A DNA stretch of 64,000 nucleotides from Macrostomum lignano (lineage: Eukaryota): the NCBI GenBank assembly GCA_002269645.1, contig NIVC01000701.1, positions 1-64,000 on the forward strand, in the 5' to 3' direction. The notes below the pieces were generated by a model that saw only the letters and a program-made list of their open reading frames with translations, was not told the origin of the DNA and searched no databases. Every line of letters begins with the position of its first letter. Within the stretch, counting starts at the first letter, position 1. The position numbers and the translations under genes are program-made. Shown here piece by piece: positions 23,055 through 35,769 of the stretch.

Positions 23055-23384
23055 AAAGGTACGAGTATGTGTCCGTACCTTAGATCCGATTATTTTATTA
23101 TTAATGCTGCAAAGTCTGGCAGAAAATAAAATTATGCTCCATGACCAAGATAAAACCATCAGGGAATCAGAATAACTTTCCAGATGCCCAACTTCCTCCC
23201 TCTCAGACTCCCACCGTTACCTCTCTTTGTCCGATCTCTCCATATTCAAAATCTCCAAGTTTCTGTGCGCAAATAATTGACTAATGCAGCATTAACTTCG
23301 TTTCGTAAAGGATTAGTCGGCCCTTGCCCTTAATGCGTACCGAATTCGGCTAATTCTATTTATTGACTGTTCAGTAAAATTTAC

Positions 23385-23860
23385 TGTTTTATTTTTTCTT
23401 ACAGTACCTTGAAATGCGTCAAATTCTGTCTATTCTGTATCTTAAAGCTCTCTGAGCTGTTTTATTTTTTCTTACAGTACCTTGAAATGCGTCAAATTCT
23501 GTCTATTCTGTATCTTAAAGCTCTCTGAGCTGTTTTATTTTTCTTACAGTACCTTGAAATGCGTCAAATTCTGTCTATTCTGTATTTTAAAGCTCTCTGA
23601 GCTGTTTTATTTTTTCTTACAGTACCTTGAAATGCGTCAAATTCTGTCTATTCTGTATTTTAAAGCTCTCTGAGCTGTTTTATTTTTTCTTACAGTACCT
23701 TGAAATGCGTCAAATTCTGTCTATTCTGTATTTTAAAGCTCTCTGAGCTGTCTTATTTTTTCTTACAGTACCTTGAAATGCGTCAAATTCTGTCCATTCT
23801 GTATTTTAAAGCTCTCTGAGACTGAGCTGTCTTATTTTTTCTTACAGTACTTTGAAATGA
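23385..23860 (+). repeat. ~73-bp tandem repeat (~6.5 copies) in the 3' region of the CACTA element
   Basis: ACAGTAC recurs at 23401, 23474, 23546, 23619, 23692, 23765, 23844. Confidence 0.92.
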
Positions 23861-24129
23861 ATTATGCCTAATTATCATTAATAATATAAGTCTCGAAATG
23901 GTCATCATACGAGTTTTCAATTACTTCTACATTTAATTGCATAAGTATTTGTTCTGATACTTTTTTGTTTTGAAAGTGATTTATAAGGGAATGGAAACAT
24001 ATTTCTCAGCAGCACTAAAGATGCTGCCGAATTTGTTTAGAAAATTTCAGCTTTAAAATGAACCTACGCAAACATTGCGTTCTACTAACAGTAGTGTAGT
24101 AAGGAAAATTATATTTAAAATCATACATC

Positions 24130-24262
24130 AATGTACATGGATGGAAAGTAACCATGGATGAAGTTTACGTGGAACCATGTATGATCAGGTATGGCTCCAT
24201 ACATGTTCAGGTATGATCCATACATGGCATCATGGATGCTTCATCCATGATTTATCCATGCA
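24130..24262. repeat. Right subterminal CATG-type short repeats of the CACTA element
   Basis: Repeated catgga/ccatg/catacatg motifs adjoining the right TIR. Confidence 0.75.
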
Positions 24263-25028
24263 AGGAGAGTAGGGCATAGACAAGTTCCATTTTCTTGCGG
24301 GCCGAGAATCAGGACTTGCACTGAACTTAGACTGAAGCGAATGCAGTTTGACTCGCGGGCCGAAGAATGCATCATTGGTGCACGCTGACCCAAACTGATT
24401 GTTGCATGATTCAAATATCTATGGTCCAAACGCCTTCAAAATCATACAATATCGGTGAAGAACGGCTACGATCGTGTACCAAATGTACAGCGCTGCGCGC
24501 CCTCGGTCAAAACATTGGTGCACTTGTATCCGCGTTCTTACTGTTACATTGGCAGACATCCCTGTTCAACTGGGGCAAACGGACTTGTGGCCACGGTGCC
24601 GCATGCTGCGGCTGATTGGGGGTGGGCGACCCAGTAAAAAAGGTTAGTCGGAATTCGATTGGAATCTGATTGGAATTTAATCGGCAGTCGAAATTTGCCG
24701 GAAAAGGTTTAAACAGCAATATTTTGTTTCATAATACGTTACTATGATAATAAGCGTAATTCAAGAAAATTTTTCTTTTCGTAAGCGTAAGAAAAATTTT
24801 TCGAGCAATAGTGGGGCCGCGGGACCGACGCCCGCTGCTAAGTGCTGCGCCGACCGGTGTCCCCCCGAAGCGTCGACGATGGGGCGCGTTCGGCCGCGGC
24901 CCGTTGTTTCAGCAATTATTGATGGATCAGGCAAAATAAGCCGACAATCGAAGAGGCCACTACAAAGTAAAGTATTTACTGCATTTTAGCAACCGACGTA
25001 TCGATCGCAAGTAAAATTTTCGATATAC

Positions 25029-25167
25029 GGGCCGCTTGTAGCCTACAGCAGCATGGTTTAGAGCGTCGGACTCACGGCTGAAAGGTCGGGGTTCGATTCA
25101 ATTGACCCACTCGGAACAATTTGTATCCTATTGAGCAATTAACTCTGCGCATTGCTTCAGTTCACCC
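25029..25167 (+). mobile_element. tRNA-derived SINE-like remnant
   Basis: A-box-like TGGTTTAGAGCG and B-box GGTTCGATTC (25090-25099), followed by SINE-core-like sequence; no complete cloverleaf. Confidence 0.45.
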
Positions 25168-25556
25168 GGTTCTACGACAATTGTCTGCGGCGACAACTGC
25201 CTGCGGCGAAAACTGCCTGCACGAAAACTGCCTGCGGCGACTGCTGACTGTGAAGACAAATGACTGCTAGCTGAGCTTGTTTAACAACTCAGAGCGTGAC
25301 GTCATAGTTATTAGTAATGAGAAGAAAATAAAATACCAAACAGAAAAATAAAACCAGGTTTTAGTGTAATGAATTAATTTAAAAGTATAAAGTTAGTATA
25401 TTAATATTAATATATATTAATGTTAGTATAAATATATATTTAACTGCACATGTGAAACTAAATCGACAGAAGCTATTTGCTACTACTGCAGTGCATTGGC
25501 TCACATAGTTATTAACTTGAGAAAAAGCAGTTGTCGCCGCAGGCAGTTGTGCTACC
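25168..25556. mobile_element. Small MITE-like element with repetitive imperfect TIRs
   Basis: Left ggttctacgacaattgtctgcggcgacaactgc; reverse complement of right end ggtagcacaactgcctgcggcgacaactgc; AT-rich interior. Confidence 0.55.
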
Positions 25557-26690
25557 GACTGAACAGCCTTTAAAAGAGGCGCCGCGCAATACTCGTAGCT
25601 ATGGCTGAGCTGTCGGTTGCACAGCCCATTAGTGTGCAGGTGTAACCTAAATTTATAACCAATGCTTGCAAAGATGAAGTCAACACTAGAAGTTCATGCA
25701 GACTGTACGTATATAATGAGTTAATGATCCGTCGTTGTTTTCACAATATACATGTGCATACCCTGTATACATGTACATACCAATATGTTCATGAAAACTT
25801 CCAATGCAATATTTAGTTAAATTAAAACATGCAAAATTTTATATAAATGTTACGACCGCTTCTGGTAACTACATGTTGATTAGACATAAAGCCATTATCT
25901 AATTTATCATTGACCTTAAAAAATCCGCACTGTTCTGCAGTTTGCGTAACATGGTTTGAATGCGCTTATAGTTTTAAATTTAAACTCAAGAATTATGGGC
26001 TGTCTAATATTGTGTTCAACTATGTTAAAATACAAAGTAGATATAGAATACCCGCAAGGCTTATGAGCCTAATATCTTATCTCGTTGCTACCTAAGCCAA
26101 AAACGTTCTTTGCGAAACCGCCGTGCCACCATAAGGGACGCCGAACTGTAGTGAGAGCTGGAAAAAGCAACGAATACTTGAGTCAGGTAGTTTTCTGGAG
26201 CACACACTACCCATTGCACAGACTGCGTCGAGCGAATTACTATAACTCCTGCAGTGTACAATCTCTCTATAGCTTAAGAAAACTGAAAAAGCACACATAC
26301 TGGCAGTTTTATGCAATTTAACCGGTAAGAGACCCTGCACGGTTCAAAGTTTCAGTTCACACAAACCGACTGGCTGTCCCCAAAGAATGAAATTCTGCAA
26401 TGCAGTCTTTTAGGCCAGGCCGCCAGGCTATGAGTGTGACGCACGCAAGCCAGTGTGAATGATATAAAAAATTCTCTCGATTCTAAGTCCATGCAGCCAC
26501 TCGGCCAGCCGAAATGAGTTAGTCGTACGCAAGCGAGAGCTAGTTAAGACAGGGTAAAGAATCCAAGCCAAGAGCCAAATGAAACTTGTCACTGCGATAA
26601 CACATCCGTTCTGCATTGCAATACAGACTGCTTGTAGCCACAATTTAAATTACACAACATATGCTAGAAAACGATGCACTGTTCTAAATG

Positions 26691-27575
26691 GGGCGGATTA
26701 GGGGTAGCGATTCTCAGGGGCGGATTAGGAGCGATTCTAAGGGGCGGATTTGGAGCGATTCTCAGGAGTGGATTAGGAGCGATTCTCAGGAGTGGATTAG
26801 GAGCGATTCTCAGGGGTGGATTAGGAGCGATTCTCAGGAGTGGATTAGGAGCGATTCTCAGGAGTGGATTAGGAGCGATTCTCAGGGGTGGATTAGGAGC
26901 GATTCTCAGGGGTGGATTAGGAGCGATTCTCAGGAGTGGATTAGGAGCGATTCTCAGGGGTGGATTAGGAGCGATTCTCAGGAGTGGATTAGGAGCGATT
27001 CTCAGGGGTGGATTAGGAGCGATTCTCAGGGGTGGATTAGGAGCGATTCTCAGGGGTGGATTAGGAGCGATTCTCAGGGGTGGATTAGGAGCGATTCTCA
27101 GGAGTGGATTAGGAGCGATTCTCAGGGGTGGATTAGGAGCGATTCTCAGGGGTGGATTAGGAGCGATTCTCAGGAGTGGATTAGGAGCGATTCTCAGGGG
27201 TGGATTAGGAGCGATTCTCAGGAGTGGATTAGGAGCGATTCTCAGGGGTGGATTAGGAGCGATTCTCAGGAGTGGATTAGGAGCGATTCTCAGGGGTGGA
27301 TTAGGAGCGATTCTCAGGAGTGGATTAGGAGCGATTCTCAGGGGTGGATTAGGAGCGATTCTCAGGGGTGGATTAGGAGCGATTCTCAGGGGTGGATTAG
27401 GAGCGATTCTCAGGAGTGGATTAGGAGCGATTCTCAGGGGTGGATTAGGAGCGATTCTCAGGGGTGGATTAGGAGCGATTCTCAGGGGTGGATAAGAGTA
27501 GTTCTCAGGGGTGGATTAGGAGCGATTCTCAGGGGCGGATAAGAGTAGTTCTCAGGGGTGGGTTAGGAGCGACTT
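26691..27575. repeat. 24-bp minisatellite (ggattaggagcgattctcagg[a/g]gt), ~36 copies
   Basis: Directly visible; two interspersed variants. Confidence 0.97.
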
Positions 27576-28724
27576 TCAAGGGTGAATTAGAATCAGATTG
27601 AGATAGGAAAATCTGATTTAGGAAAGAGTTAACAGATAGAACGTGCTAATTCATCGGAAGCAATAAAAATAAGAAACGCTAGCAACAATGTCAATAATTT
27701 CATATTTCTATCGCAGACCAAAACTGCGAAAAAGGATGTTTTCACTAAATTGTTATGAGAAGTTTTGTATTTGATTAATTTATTAACTATTAGCCTTCCG
27801 AAATAATAACACTAATTTTAGCCATTTGCACTGTCTCGATGCCGTGCTGTGTTGATTTATTAAACTGGGCCTAGATAATTCCAGCTCGACGAAGTTGTTT
27901 TGCCTTGCATTATACAGTCGGCAGTGAATGATTCCGAACACGCATTTCATTGACTCGAAAGTTCACCCCAGCGCAGCAAGAGTTTCTCGAAAAACGGTAG
28001 CCAGAAAATTGAGGTTCCGTTTGTAGCGCAGAACACAAAACCGATCAGTTAGTTGTTATTACTATAGCATTTAATTAATTCCTCTAAATTTTGAAACCAA
28101 CTACAAAGCAAAACTACTAAACTCAATTCTGAAGCTAAAATAAATGAGACAGAAACAGTAGAGTGCAAATTCTTTTGCTTCAAACAGATTGACAGTTTTT
28201 GGTGGACTAAGATTCTGTGGGAATATTATTAGTAGAATAAATTGATAAATAAAATTATAGATAGGGGAAATGAAAACTTCTGTTTGTGAACCCCAAAGAC
28301 AGACTGCCGGCGGGTAACAGAAAGTTAGGAGGCTTGAGGAGGGAGAGGGGATGCAAACAAAAACGCGCACATTTCTAAGGACTACTGCTAGTATAATTAG
28401 TTTAGACAATATTATAGTTTATTATAGCTATGTCGGTGTCAGTAGAAAAATTGTTGCATTTTTTGGTTCATGTTTCTCTTTTTAAGAGCCTATATTTAGC
28501 ATTTAGAAATTCTCTCCTAGTCTGGTGACAAATTAGGAGATACGAAAATAGGAGATATCATATTCGAACGCAGTTAGGAGGGGAGGCGACATTGTACTAC
28601 TGTTGGTGTTATGCTAAACAATTTTTATTAATATATTCTGTCCGACATAAGAGCCGCAGATCCTAATTGTAATCCGGGTGCCGTCAATTAATGTCCCACA
28701 TCAATAAGTTCTGGTTGTTATTAT

Positions 28725-29663
28725 TTAATTCTTGGGCTTCTTGGGCAAGCGGAAGGACACGTAGATCTCCTTGAACTTGTCGAAGCCAGCCAGCACACCG
28801 GCGCCAGCCACACCGCGGAGAATGTTGGCTCCGGCTCCCTTCATCATGCTCATGAAGCCTTCGGTCTTCACGATCTGCACGGCGCAGTCGACGCTGCCCT
28901 TGTACTTGACAGCCTGGCCACTGGTCATCATCATACGCCTACGGATGGTGTCAACCGGGTAGGAGATCAGGCCGGCCGTGATGGTGACGGTGTAGCCAAG
29001 AACGAAGCTCAGAGCCACGCCGGCGTTCTCACCCAGCACGATGGGCTTCAGGGTGTCGTACAGGCCAAAGTAGAAGCCGCGGTAGACCATGATGCCAACG
29101 CAGGAGATGACGAAGCCGCGGTACAGGCCAACGATGCCGTCAGAGGCCAGAGTCTTTTTGTAGACGTCCAGCAGACCATTGAACTGACGCTCACCGGCAC
29201 CCTTCTTAGCGGACTTGGTGTCGTTGGCCAGGCGGGTACGGGCATAGTCAAGCGAGTAGACGAAGCAGAGCGACATGGCTCCGGCGGCGCCGCCGCTGGC
29301 GATGTTCTTTCCAAAGGACACCATGTAGGAGTCAGTCTTGGACGGATTGAAGGTGGCCTTAATCTTGTCCTTGAAAGCGAAGTTAAGCGCCTGAGTTGGG
29401 AAGTACCGGATGCAGTTAGCCAGGTTGCCGCGCCAGAACGGCAGGAGGCCCTCGTTGCGGAAGGTGCGCACCGTGCAGTCAATGACGCCGGTGTATGGCT
29501 TGTCCAGACGGCCAGTCTTGATCATCTCGGCCTGGTTCTGCACCAGCAGCTTGACGCGCTCGATAGGGGCAGCGGCAGTCTTGGAGATGACTGCAGCGGC
29601 GCCAGACAGGCCAAAGTTCTCAGCGAACGACAGATCCTTCATGTAAGCTCCACCTTCTCCCAT
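28725..29663 (-). CDS. ANT: Mitochondrial ADP/ATP carrier (adenine nucleotide translocase), 312 aa, intronless CDS
   Basis: Carrier repeats (APIERVK, YSLDYAR, YPVDTIR), [14 protein letters not shown] and the RRRMMM signature. GC-rich third positions against AT-rich flanks. AATAAA on the minus strand at 28629-28624. Confidence 0.98.
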   Translation of the reverse strand: MGEGGAYMKDLSFAENFGLSGAAAVISKTAAAPIERVKLLVQNQAEMIKTGRLDKPYTGVIDCTVRTFRNEGLLPFWRGNLANCIRYFPTQALNFAFKDKIKATFNPSKTDSYMVSFGKNIASGGAAGAMSLCFVYSLDYARTRLANDTKSAKKGAGERQFNGLLDVYKKTLASDGIVGLYRGFVISCVGIMVYRGFYFGLYDTLKPIVLGENAGVALSFVLGYTVTITAGLISYPVDTIRRRMMMTSGQAVKYKGSVDCAVQIVKTEGFMSMMKGAGANILRGVAGAGVLAGFDKFKEIYVSFRLPKKPKN

Positions 29664-31021
29664 TGCTGCGTTTGTGTTGATTTAGCGATTAAGTTTAGAG
29701 AAAAAAACGTTAAATTTAGGGCTTAGTTGTCTAGCAACGCCGTCTCTAAAAGGTTGAGATGTGGGAGGGATGGTAAAGTTAATAAATCATGAATATTAAC
29801 AATCCTGAAAACTAAAATATGTTTTTATAGAATGCAGTTCTAAAATGCCAAATTTTAAAAGTTAAACACTGTAGAAGCTAGAATTTTATTGAGATCATAG
29901 AATCTACAATGGGGACTATAGAATTGGGTCATGATATAATCTGTACTAATACGATATAAAAGTTTTGCATGACATGGCATCAGCATCATCAAAACCTTTG
30001 AGGATCATTTAGCATCAATGTCTTGTCATAGCTGTCCAACTATTTTCAGTGCTAGATGCTATGAAACTTGCTTCTCAAGTTTGGCTCTGGTTATTGAAAA
30101 GCAATAATAAAATGGTACCCTTTCATAAAAATATAATTTACATGAAATCATTTATCATTTATTAGGTAAGTTAAAATCAATCTCTCAAAAATAAAAATCT
30201 AAATCTAAGTGGAAAAGTGGAAATATGCCATATTTTGGCAAATATTTGTTTAAATAGTGTTTGTTTAAATATTGTTAAACTATTATTAAAACAAATGTGT
30301 TAATACATATTGATTTTCTACTATAAATAGTAAAGACAACTAATAACAGGCTCTTCGAGGCTCACCCTTGGGTTTTTTGGACCATATGGGATTTTTTGGC
30401 CCTTTGAAAATCTCATTGGCAATTGGATTTTTTGCATCAGAGGCCAATTTGAATCAATATGATGGAATTGTTAGTTTGTTTTTATTTGCAGCATATATAG
30501 CAATCTTAAAGTTGAGAGAATAAATTTCTGCTTTTTAAACATTGCCTTGATAATATCTTATCCTTGAAAATTTGGCTAGTTGCCAATAAGCAAACAAAAA
30601 TAGCCATTGGCAATTGGATTTTGAGCCCCAAGGGCTAGCTGGCAACTGGATTTTTAACCTTTAAAAACCAAAGGTTTATCTTGGCAAAAGTCATATAGTA
30701 ACATGTTTTTATTTCTAGAAAAACAATTTAGAAACATTCTATATTGGATATAGCACTTTAAGCAATGCTAAAAACAAATTTGTCATTTTGTGACACTTAA
30801 CAACCTGCAATACATCTTTGTAAGATGTTAATAATATCATATAATGTTATAAAAAAATAATTAATGCAAAAAACTAAATTTATACCTTTTAAGCCATTAT
30901 ACACTAGATTCTAGATTTTTTAACATATGTATATATATATATACATATATATATATAGGGTAGGCCCCTAGGTTGAGATGGTTTCTTATTCTTAAATCTT
31001 ATATATTTGCATATATTTATT

Positions 31022-31636
31022 TAAAGGCTAAGAAAATTAAGCTAAGCTTGAAACAAGCACTTGCATACATTGAAATTGAAAATTTGAAATAATTAATAAA
31101 GAAAAGTGTTTTATTATTCTTTCTTTAAAGTTTGTTTGCACATTCTTTTGTTAACAACGTACATGATCATTTTTTGTTACCAATGTATTTTTGTTATTTC
31201 AATGTATTACAATGTAATTTCATTGGTAACAAAAAATGACCACGTACATTGTTAACAAAAGAATGTGCAAACAAACTTTAAAGAAAGAATAATAAAACAC
31301 ATGCATATCTGCATGTGCATTTGCATATCTGTATGTGTTTGATTTGTTTAAAGTGTTTTAATTGATATCTATTTTAAGAATCAATACATATCAATATCAA
31401 TAGATATTAGATATCTTAGATTTCTGGATGAATCAGATACATATACCAAGACATCTTGTAATTGACCAAATATTATGTATAGCCTATATTATGTACATTA
31501 AAATCTCTGATCTAGTTAGCGAATAACAACTTAAAATTATAGAATCTACTTTTTTCTTTATTAATAATTTCAAATTTTCAATTTCAATGTATGCAAGTGC
31601 TTGCTTCAAGCTTAGCTTAATTTTCTTAGCCTTTAT
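31022..31636. repeat. Nested inverted repeats: outer arms 31022-31105 / 31552-31636; inner hairpin 31106-31185 / 31221-31300
   Basis: Both arm pairs are ~80-85 bp reverse complements with only a few mismatches. Confidence 0.9.
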
Positions 31637-34600
31637 ATTTTTCACAAAGTTTATATATAGGTTTAAACAAATTATAGTATAGTTCAACTAGAAAGTTTAA
31701 CCATATGTAGCAATAAGATATTTGAGATGTAAATTATTAAATTAATTATTGCAAAACTTAATTATCATAAAAATAAAATGTTGAGAGTCATAAATCATAA
31801 ATGAGTCATAAAGACTAAAGTGGGTATTACCAAAAAAGCTATTACTAAAGTGGATTATATTCTTATTCTATATACTACTAACAAGGAATGCAAGCGCTAC
31901 AAATAGGCTACAAGCAAGGTTTTTTATGCAAAAAGGGTGTAATTTATACCCTGAAATTTGGATTTGTACTTATTATTTGGTACTAGATACAACTTGTATA
32001 TCTGCATTTTTATATCAAGATATGTGCAAGTCATTTTTTAGCAAAAGTTACAAACAAAACATCCTGTATAAATATATTGTTTCAATACTTTTTTGAATCT
32101 TCAAGACTTCATTAAATACTTTCCTTAAATTTAGACCTAGATGCAAAGTTGCATCTTGGTTTTCATATTTTCATCTATTTTTAAGCTTAAAATGCAAGCT
32201 TGCATCTACATTTTTAGAAAAAAAACCCTAGCCATGAGGCCCCTATTGCAACCCCAGAGGCCTAACCTAACTTTGCTTTATTTTGTTCTAGGCCTAGGCC
32301 TATTCAAGCCACTAAATTTGCTATAAATTTTCTATAGGCCTAACCTAAGCTATCTTCCCTAGCTGCCTAAATGCATTTAGCTGTATCTGTATCAGTGTAT
32401 TTTAAGGCTAAGCTTGAGTTAAGGTTTGCTTGCATGCTTGACATGGCACTCAAATCTTTTTTAGATTCACCCCAAAATTGCAAAAATAGGCCAAACAAAC
32501 ATGGCTTAATACAACAACATATTTTAGCATATTTTGACAAGATAGCCATATGCCTAGAGGCAAAGCCCCTTCTAGCATCTATGGGGCCTAAATAGATCTT
32601 AAATTCTTAATGAAAACACTTTAATGTATTAAGAGCTGTTTTTTAATTTATTAATTATGAAAAACCCCAAATAACAGCCAAAGTAATAAATAAGACTAAC
32701 ACTAGAGCAGTCAAAACATTTTTACAGTATATTACTATACCTAGGCAATAAAAATAAATGTCTTAGGAAATTTTAGGAAATGTTGTAACTTATAGCATCT
32801 GTTTATGAAAAAATATAACATAAAAATCAATAACTCACCTTTTAATCCAGAATCAGTAAAGAATGCTAAGTTGCGAAGTGAAGTGAGAGGAACACGTAAC
32901 ACCCGGAATAACAAAAAACATGGGCCAAGTGCTTATTAGTATATTGCATTAAATAGCGTTAACATGTTGTAATAAACCATTCTGTAAGATTTTTAATTTT
33001 TTGTGGCTTTTTTAATAACAGAATTTAACCACGAAAACAAATTTTTGACAGAAATTCAAATTTTTAATGTTATATAATTCCGTGGATATTATTAATAAAC
33101 AATGTGAAGAATTGCAACATGTACGTTATTTATTATTTAGTTTTTGCGAAAGCTAGAAAAATTATAAGAAGCACCAATAAATTCAGCAATCGGTGACTTC
33201 AACTTTAGCTACTCTCTTTGTAGAAAAAGCTTAGCAAAGCTTTAGAAAGTGTCACTTTTTAAAAGCCGTTTTGGCACTAAAACAAAAGAATCGGTCACCT
33301 TGATAAATGTTAAGCAAAATTAGTTTCAACGTGTGTTGTAGTACATTTTTCACTTTTAAAGCTGATTCAACAGTCATAGGCGCAGTTTTCGCTACTTTTA
33401 AGGTCATAAATCATTGCTTATGACCTGGTTTGACAGCCACCTGCGCCTCACTCAGTGTTGAGACTGGCGCCAGATGGTCTGAGAAGATGCGGGCGGTAGC
33501 TTTTTTCTCATCATTTTTGACGAGCCATCAGATTTATGAGGTCAGGGTCTACTGTTCGTGTTCACTCAAGCGTGCGACAGCTTTGACAGCTATGCGTTTT
33601 ACCCCTAAAAGTTACTTTGGAATTAGCGATTATCGATTTCTCTTTACCATCTTCACTTTCTATTTAATGAGATCTTTCTAAAGATTTGTTTTCATTAATT
33701 TTTGTAATTCCCACGCGAAAGGTCATAAATCATAATGTAGCGATTTTGAGTGAGTTATGACCGCACCTTATGGCCCCGAGGGAACTGATAGGATCTTTTG
33801 GTCACGTAAGTTTGGGTGGCAATAAGCTCAGCAAATCAGAAAATTCGACGTCAGTTATAACAATCGGCTCAGCCAATCAGCATCGAGGTGTTTCATTATA
33901 ACAAATTGCGGTCCAGTTGTTGCGGCAATATAAACCGATGTTTTTGGCCCGTTCGGACTCAACCTTATTTTGGCGCCTCGGAAACTCCTTCTGACTCCCG
34001 GGACTCGACCTATTCCGGAGTCACGACTGTCGTCTCTTGATCCCCGGATTGCGATTCATCAGATCATCACCTGCTAGCTATCAGCAAAGACTATGTGATA
34101 TCATCCCGGGCCTACAGCTACGAAGCACTGAGCCGATTCGGTCGCTGTGGATTACCTGGTCTCCGGCTGTGAGTTTCTGATTGGTTGGGTGAGAGCTACC
34201 TGGACTTGCTTGATTGGGTGATTCCTTATCTGTTCCCCTATTTCAGTGGCTGGATTAGGCGCACACTTTTGCTCAATTTGCTCAGCAGTGCTGTTATTGA
34301 GGCAGTCATTCAATAATACTGTTAGTAGTCTGATACTCCAATTCAATCTGAAGTGTGAAGTGATTCAGTGAGAAGGTTAAATCTGACAGTTATTTTATCG
34401 GTTTTATTTCTTTGTTCGCCGATGGCTCAGAGGGGTAGCTAAGCTGGTAGGCGCCGGTCACTGTGGACCAAATGGCAAGGCAGTTCTCAGTCAATCAATC
34501 TATCAAATCAGTTAGCAAAATTGCCAAGAGTGCAAAATCGGCGCTAGAGATGTACTCATGTGCACTCTCTAGAATCGCCAAGCGGCTCGGGTAATGAATC

Positions 34601-35668
34601 ATACTGTCTCTGAAGTTCGAGTTAGTCTATCATCAGCTGCAGCGCTACGAGAGGCTGGTTGGCGCGTTAAAGGCCAAAAGTACAATTCTTCGTATTTAGC
34701 AATGTTATAGTACATGTAGCTACCCCATATAGTCTCGCCTCTGCAAGAATCCCCTGCACAAGTCCCCTCTGTACCTGCATGGCCAATGCGATCTAGTCCC
34801 AGCAGTGTCCCTTAACATCGGCTAAGACTTCGAGATTGACAGTAAAGAGACACTAGTTGGCAGGTACGAGCTAAGTGCTAAGCCCCTTCTGGTCGGAAGC
34901 CCGATTTCGAAAGTTCCGGTTTGGTGAGCCAGAACAAACGGGCTGGTGGCAGCGGGTTAGTTAATCTGCGGATTAGCTGATCTCTACCTTCAAAATTCTT
35001 CCCGCTTGTCTCTCGCTGTCCCTCTCTTAGCTATAGGACCTAGACTGCTCGCCATAAGATCAAGCTACCATGGGGCTGACCATCTGACAGGAGTGGGGGG
35101 CCAGGACTCTAATTGATTTATTTCTGAGACCTGAGGCCCGAAGGCTTTCTCTCCAAAAAGCCGAAAAGGCCGAAATCCATCATGTATCAATTACAGGAAA
35201 TTGAGCAAATTTAAAATCATTTGTCTATGATTTTCAAACGATTGTAGCTCGTGACTAAGTGGAATACGTCATTATTAGCATATTGTGTCCGTTACCGACT
35301 GAGCAAAACACTTTTTTGAAAACGAATTGAAACGAAGCAGTCAAATCATGCTTATAGTAACCAAGAGATATACACCATTTTACATCAAATTTTGAACAAA
35401 TTCGAATTCAATTCAGACATTCACCATTGAGAATTCGCGTAGAGTTGAGAAGCTACCCAGGAGGGGGGATAAGCGTCCAGTTCTAAGTACAGTATGCTCG
35501 TACTGCAGCATTCCCTCAGAGCAGCTCGGCGGGTAAACGCGAATGACTCCTGGTTCGATTCCGTCTACGGCTCCGTCTTCCGTCTACTTCTACTAAGTGC
35601 CAATAGAAGTACAGATTTAGCGGATTTAAAAGTACAGACTAGCGTAGAGCTTAGAAAACTTGCTAACA

Positions 35669-35769
35669 GAAACCTCGCGCGGGAAAACCTCGCTGCAGGA
35701 AAACCTCGCTGCGGGAAAACCTCGCGCGGGAAAACCTCGCGCGGGAAAACCTCCTGCAGGAAATTCTCG
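35669..35769. repeat. 15-16-bp tandem repeat (gaaaacctcgcgcgg)
   Basis: About 6 degenerate copies. Confidence 0.85.

Larger units (their letters stand above)
17617..24274 (+). mobile_element. CACTA/EnSpm (CMC superfamily) DNA transposon, apparently intact, 6658 bp
   Basis: Termini CCCTACTCTCttatCATGGATAAATCAT and ATGATTTATCCATGcaagGAGAGTAGGG, flanked by CA on both sides (17615-17616, 24275-24276). Subterminal CATG-rich repeats at both ends. Internal EnSpm-type transposase. Confidence 0.9.

Noticed and set aside
25029-25110. Functional tRNA gene
   Set aside because: Box A/B-like motifs are present but acceptor stem and cloverleaf cannot be formed; treated as a SINE head.
26674-27542. 273-284-aa GLGAILRG / WIRSDSQG proteins
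   Set aside because: Stop-free frames of a 24-bp minisatellite with no unique coding flanks.
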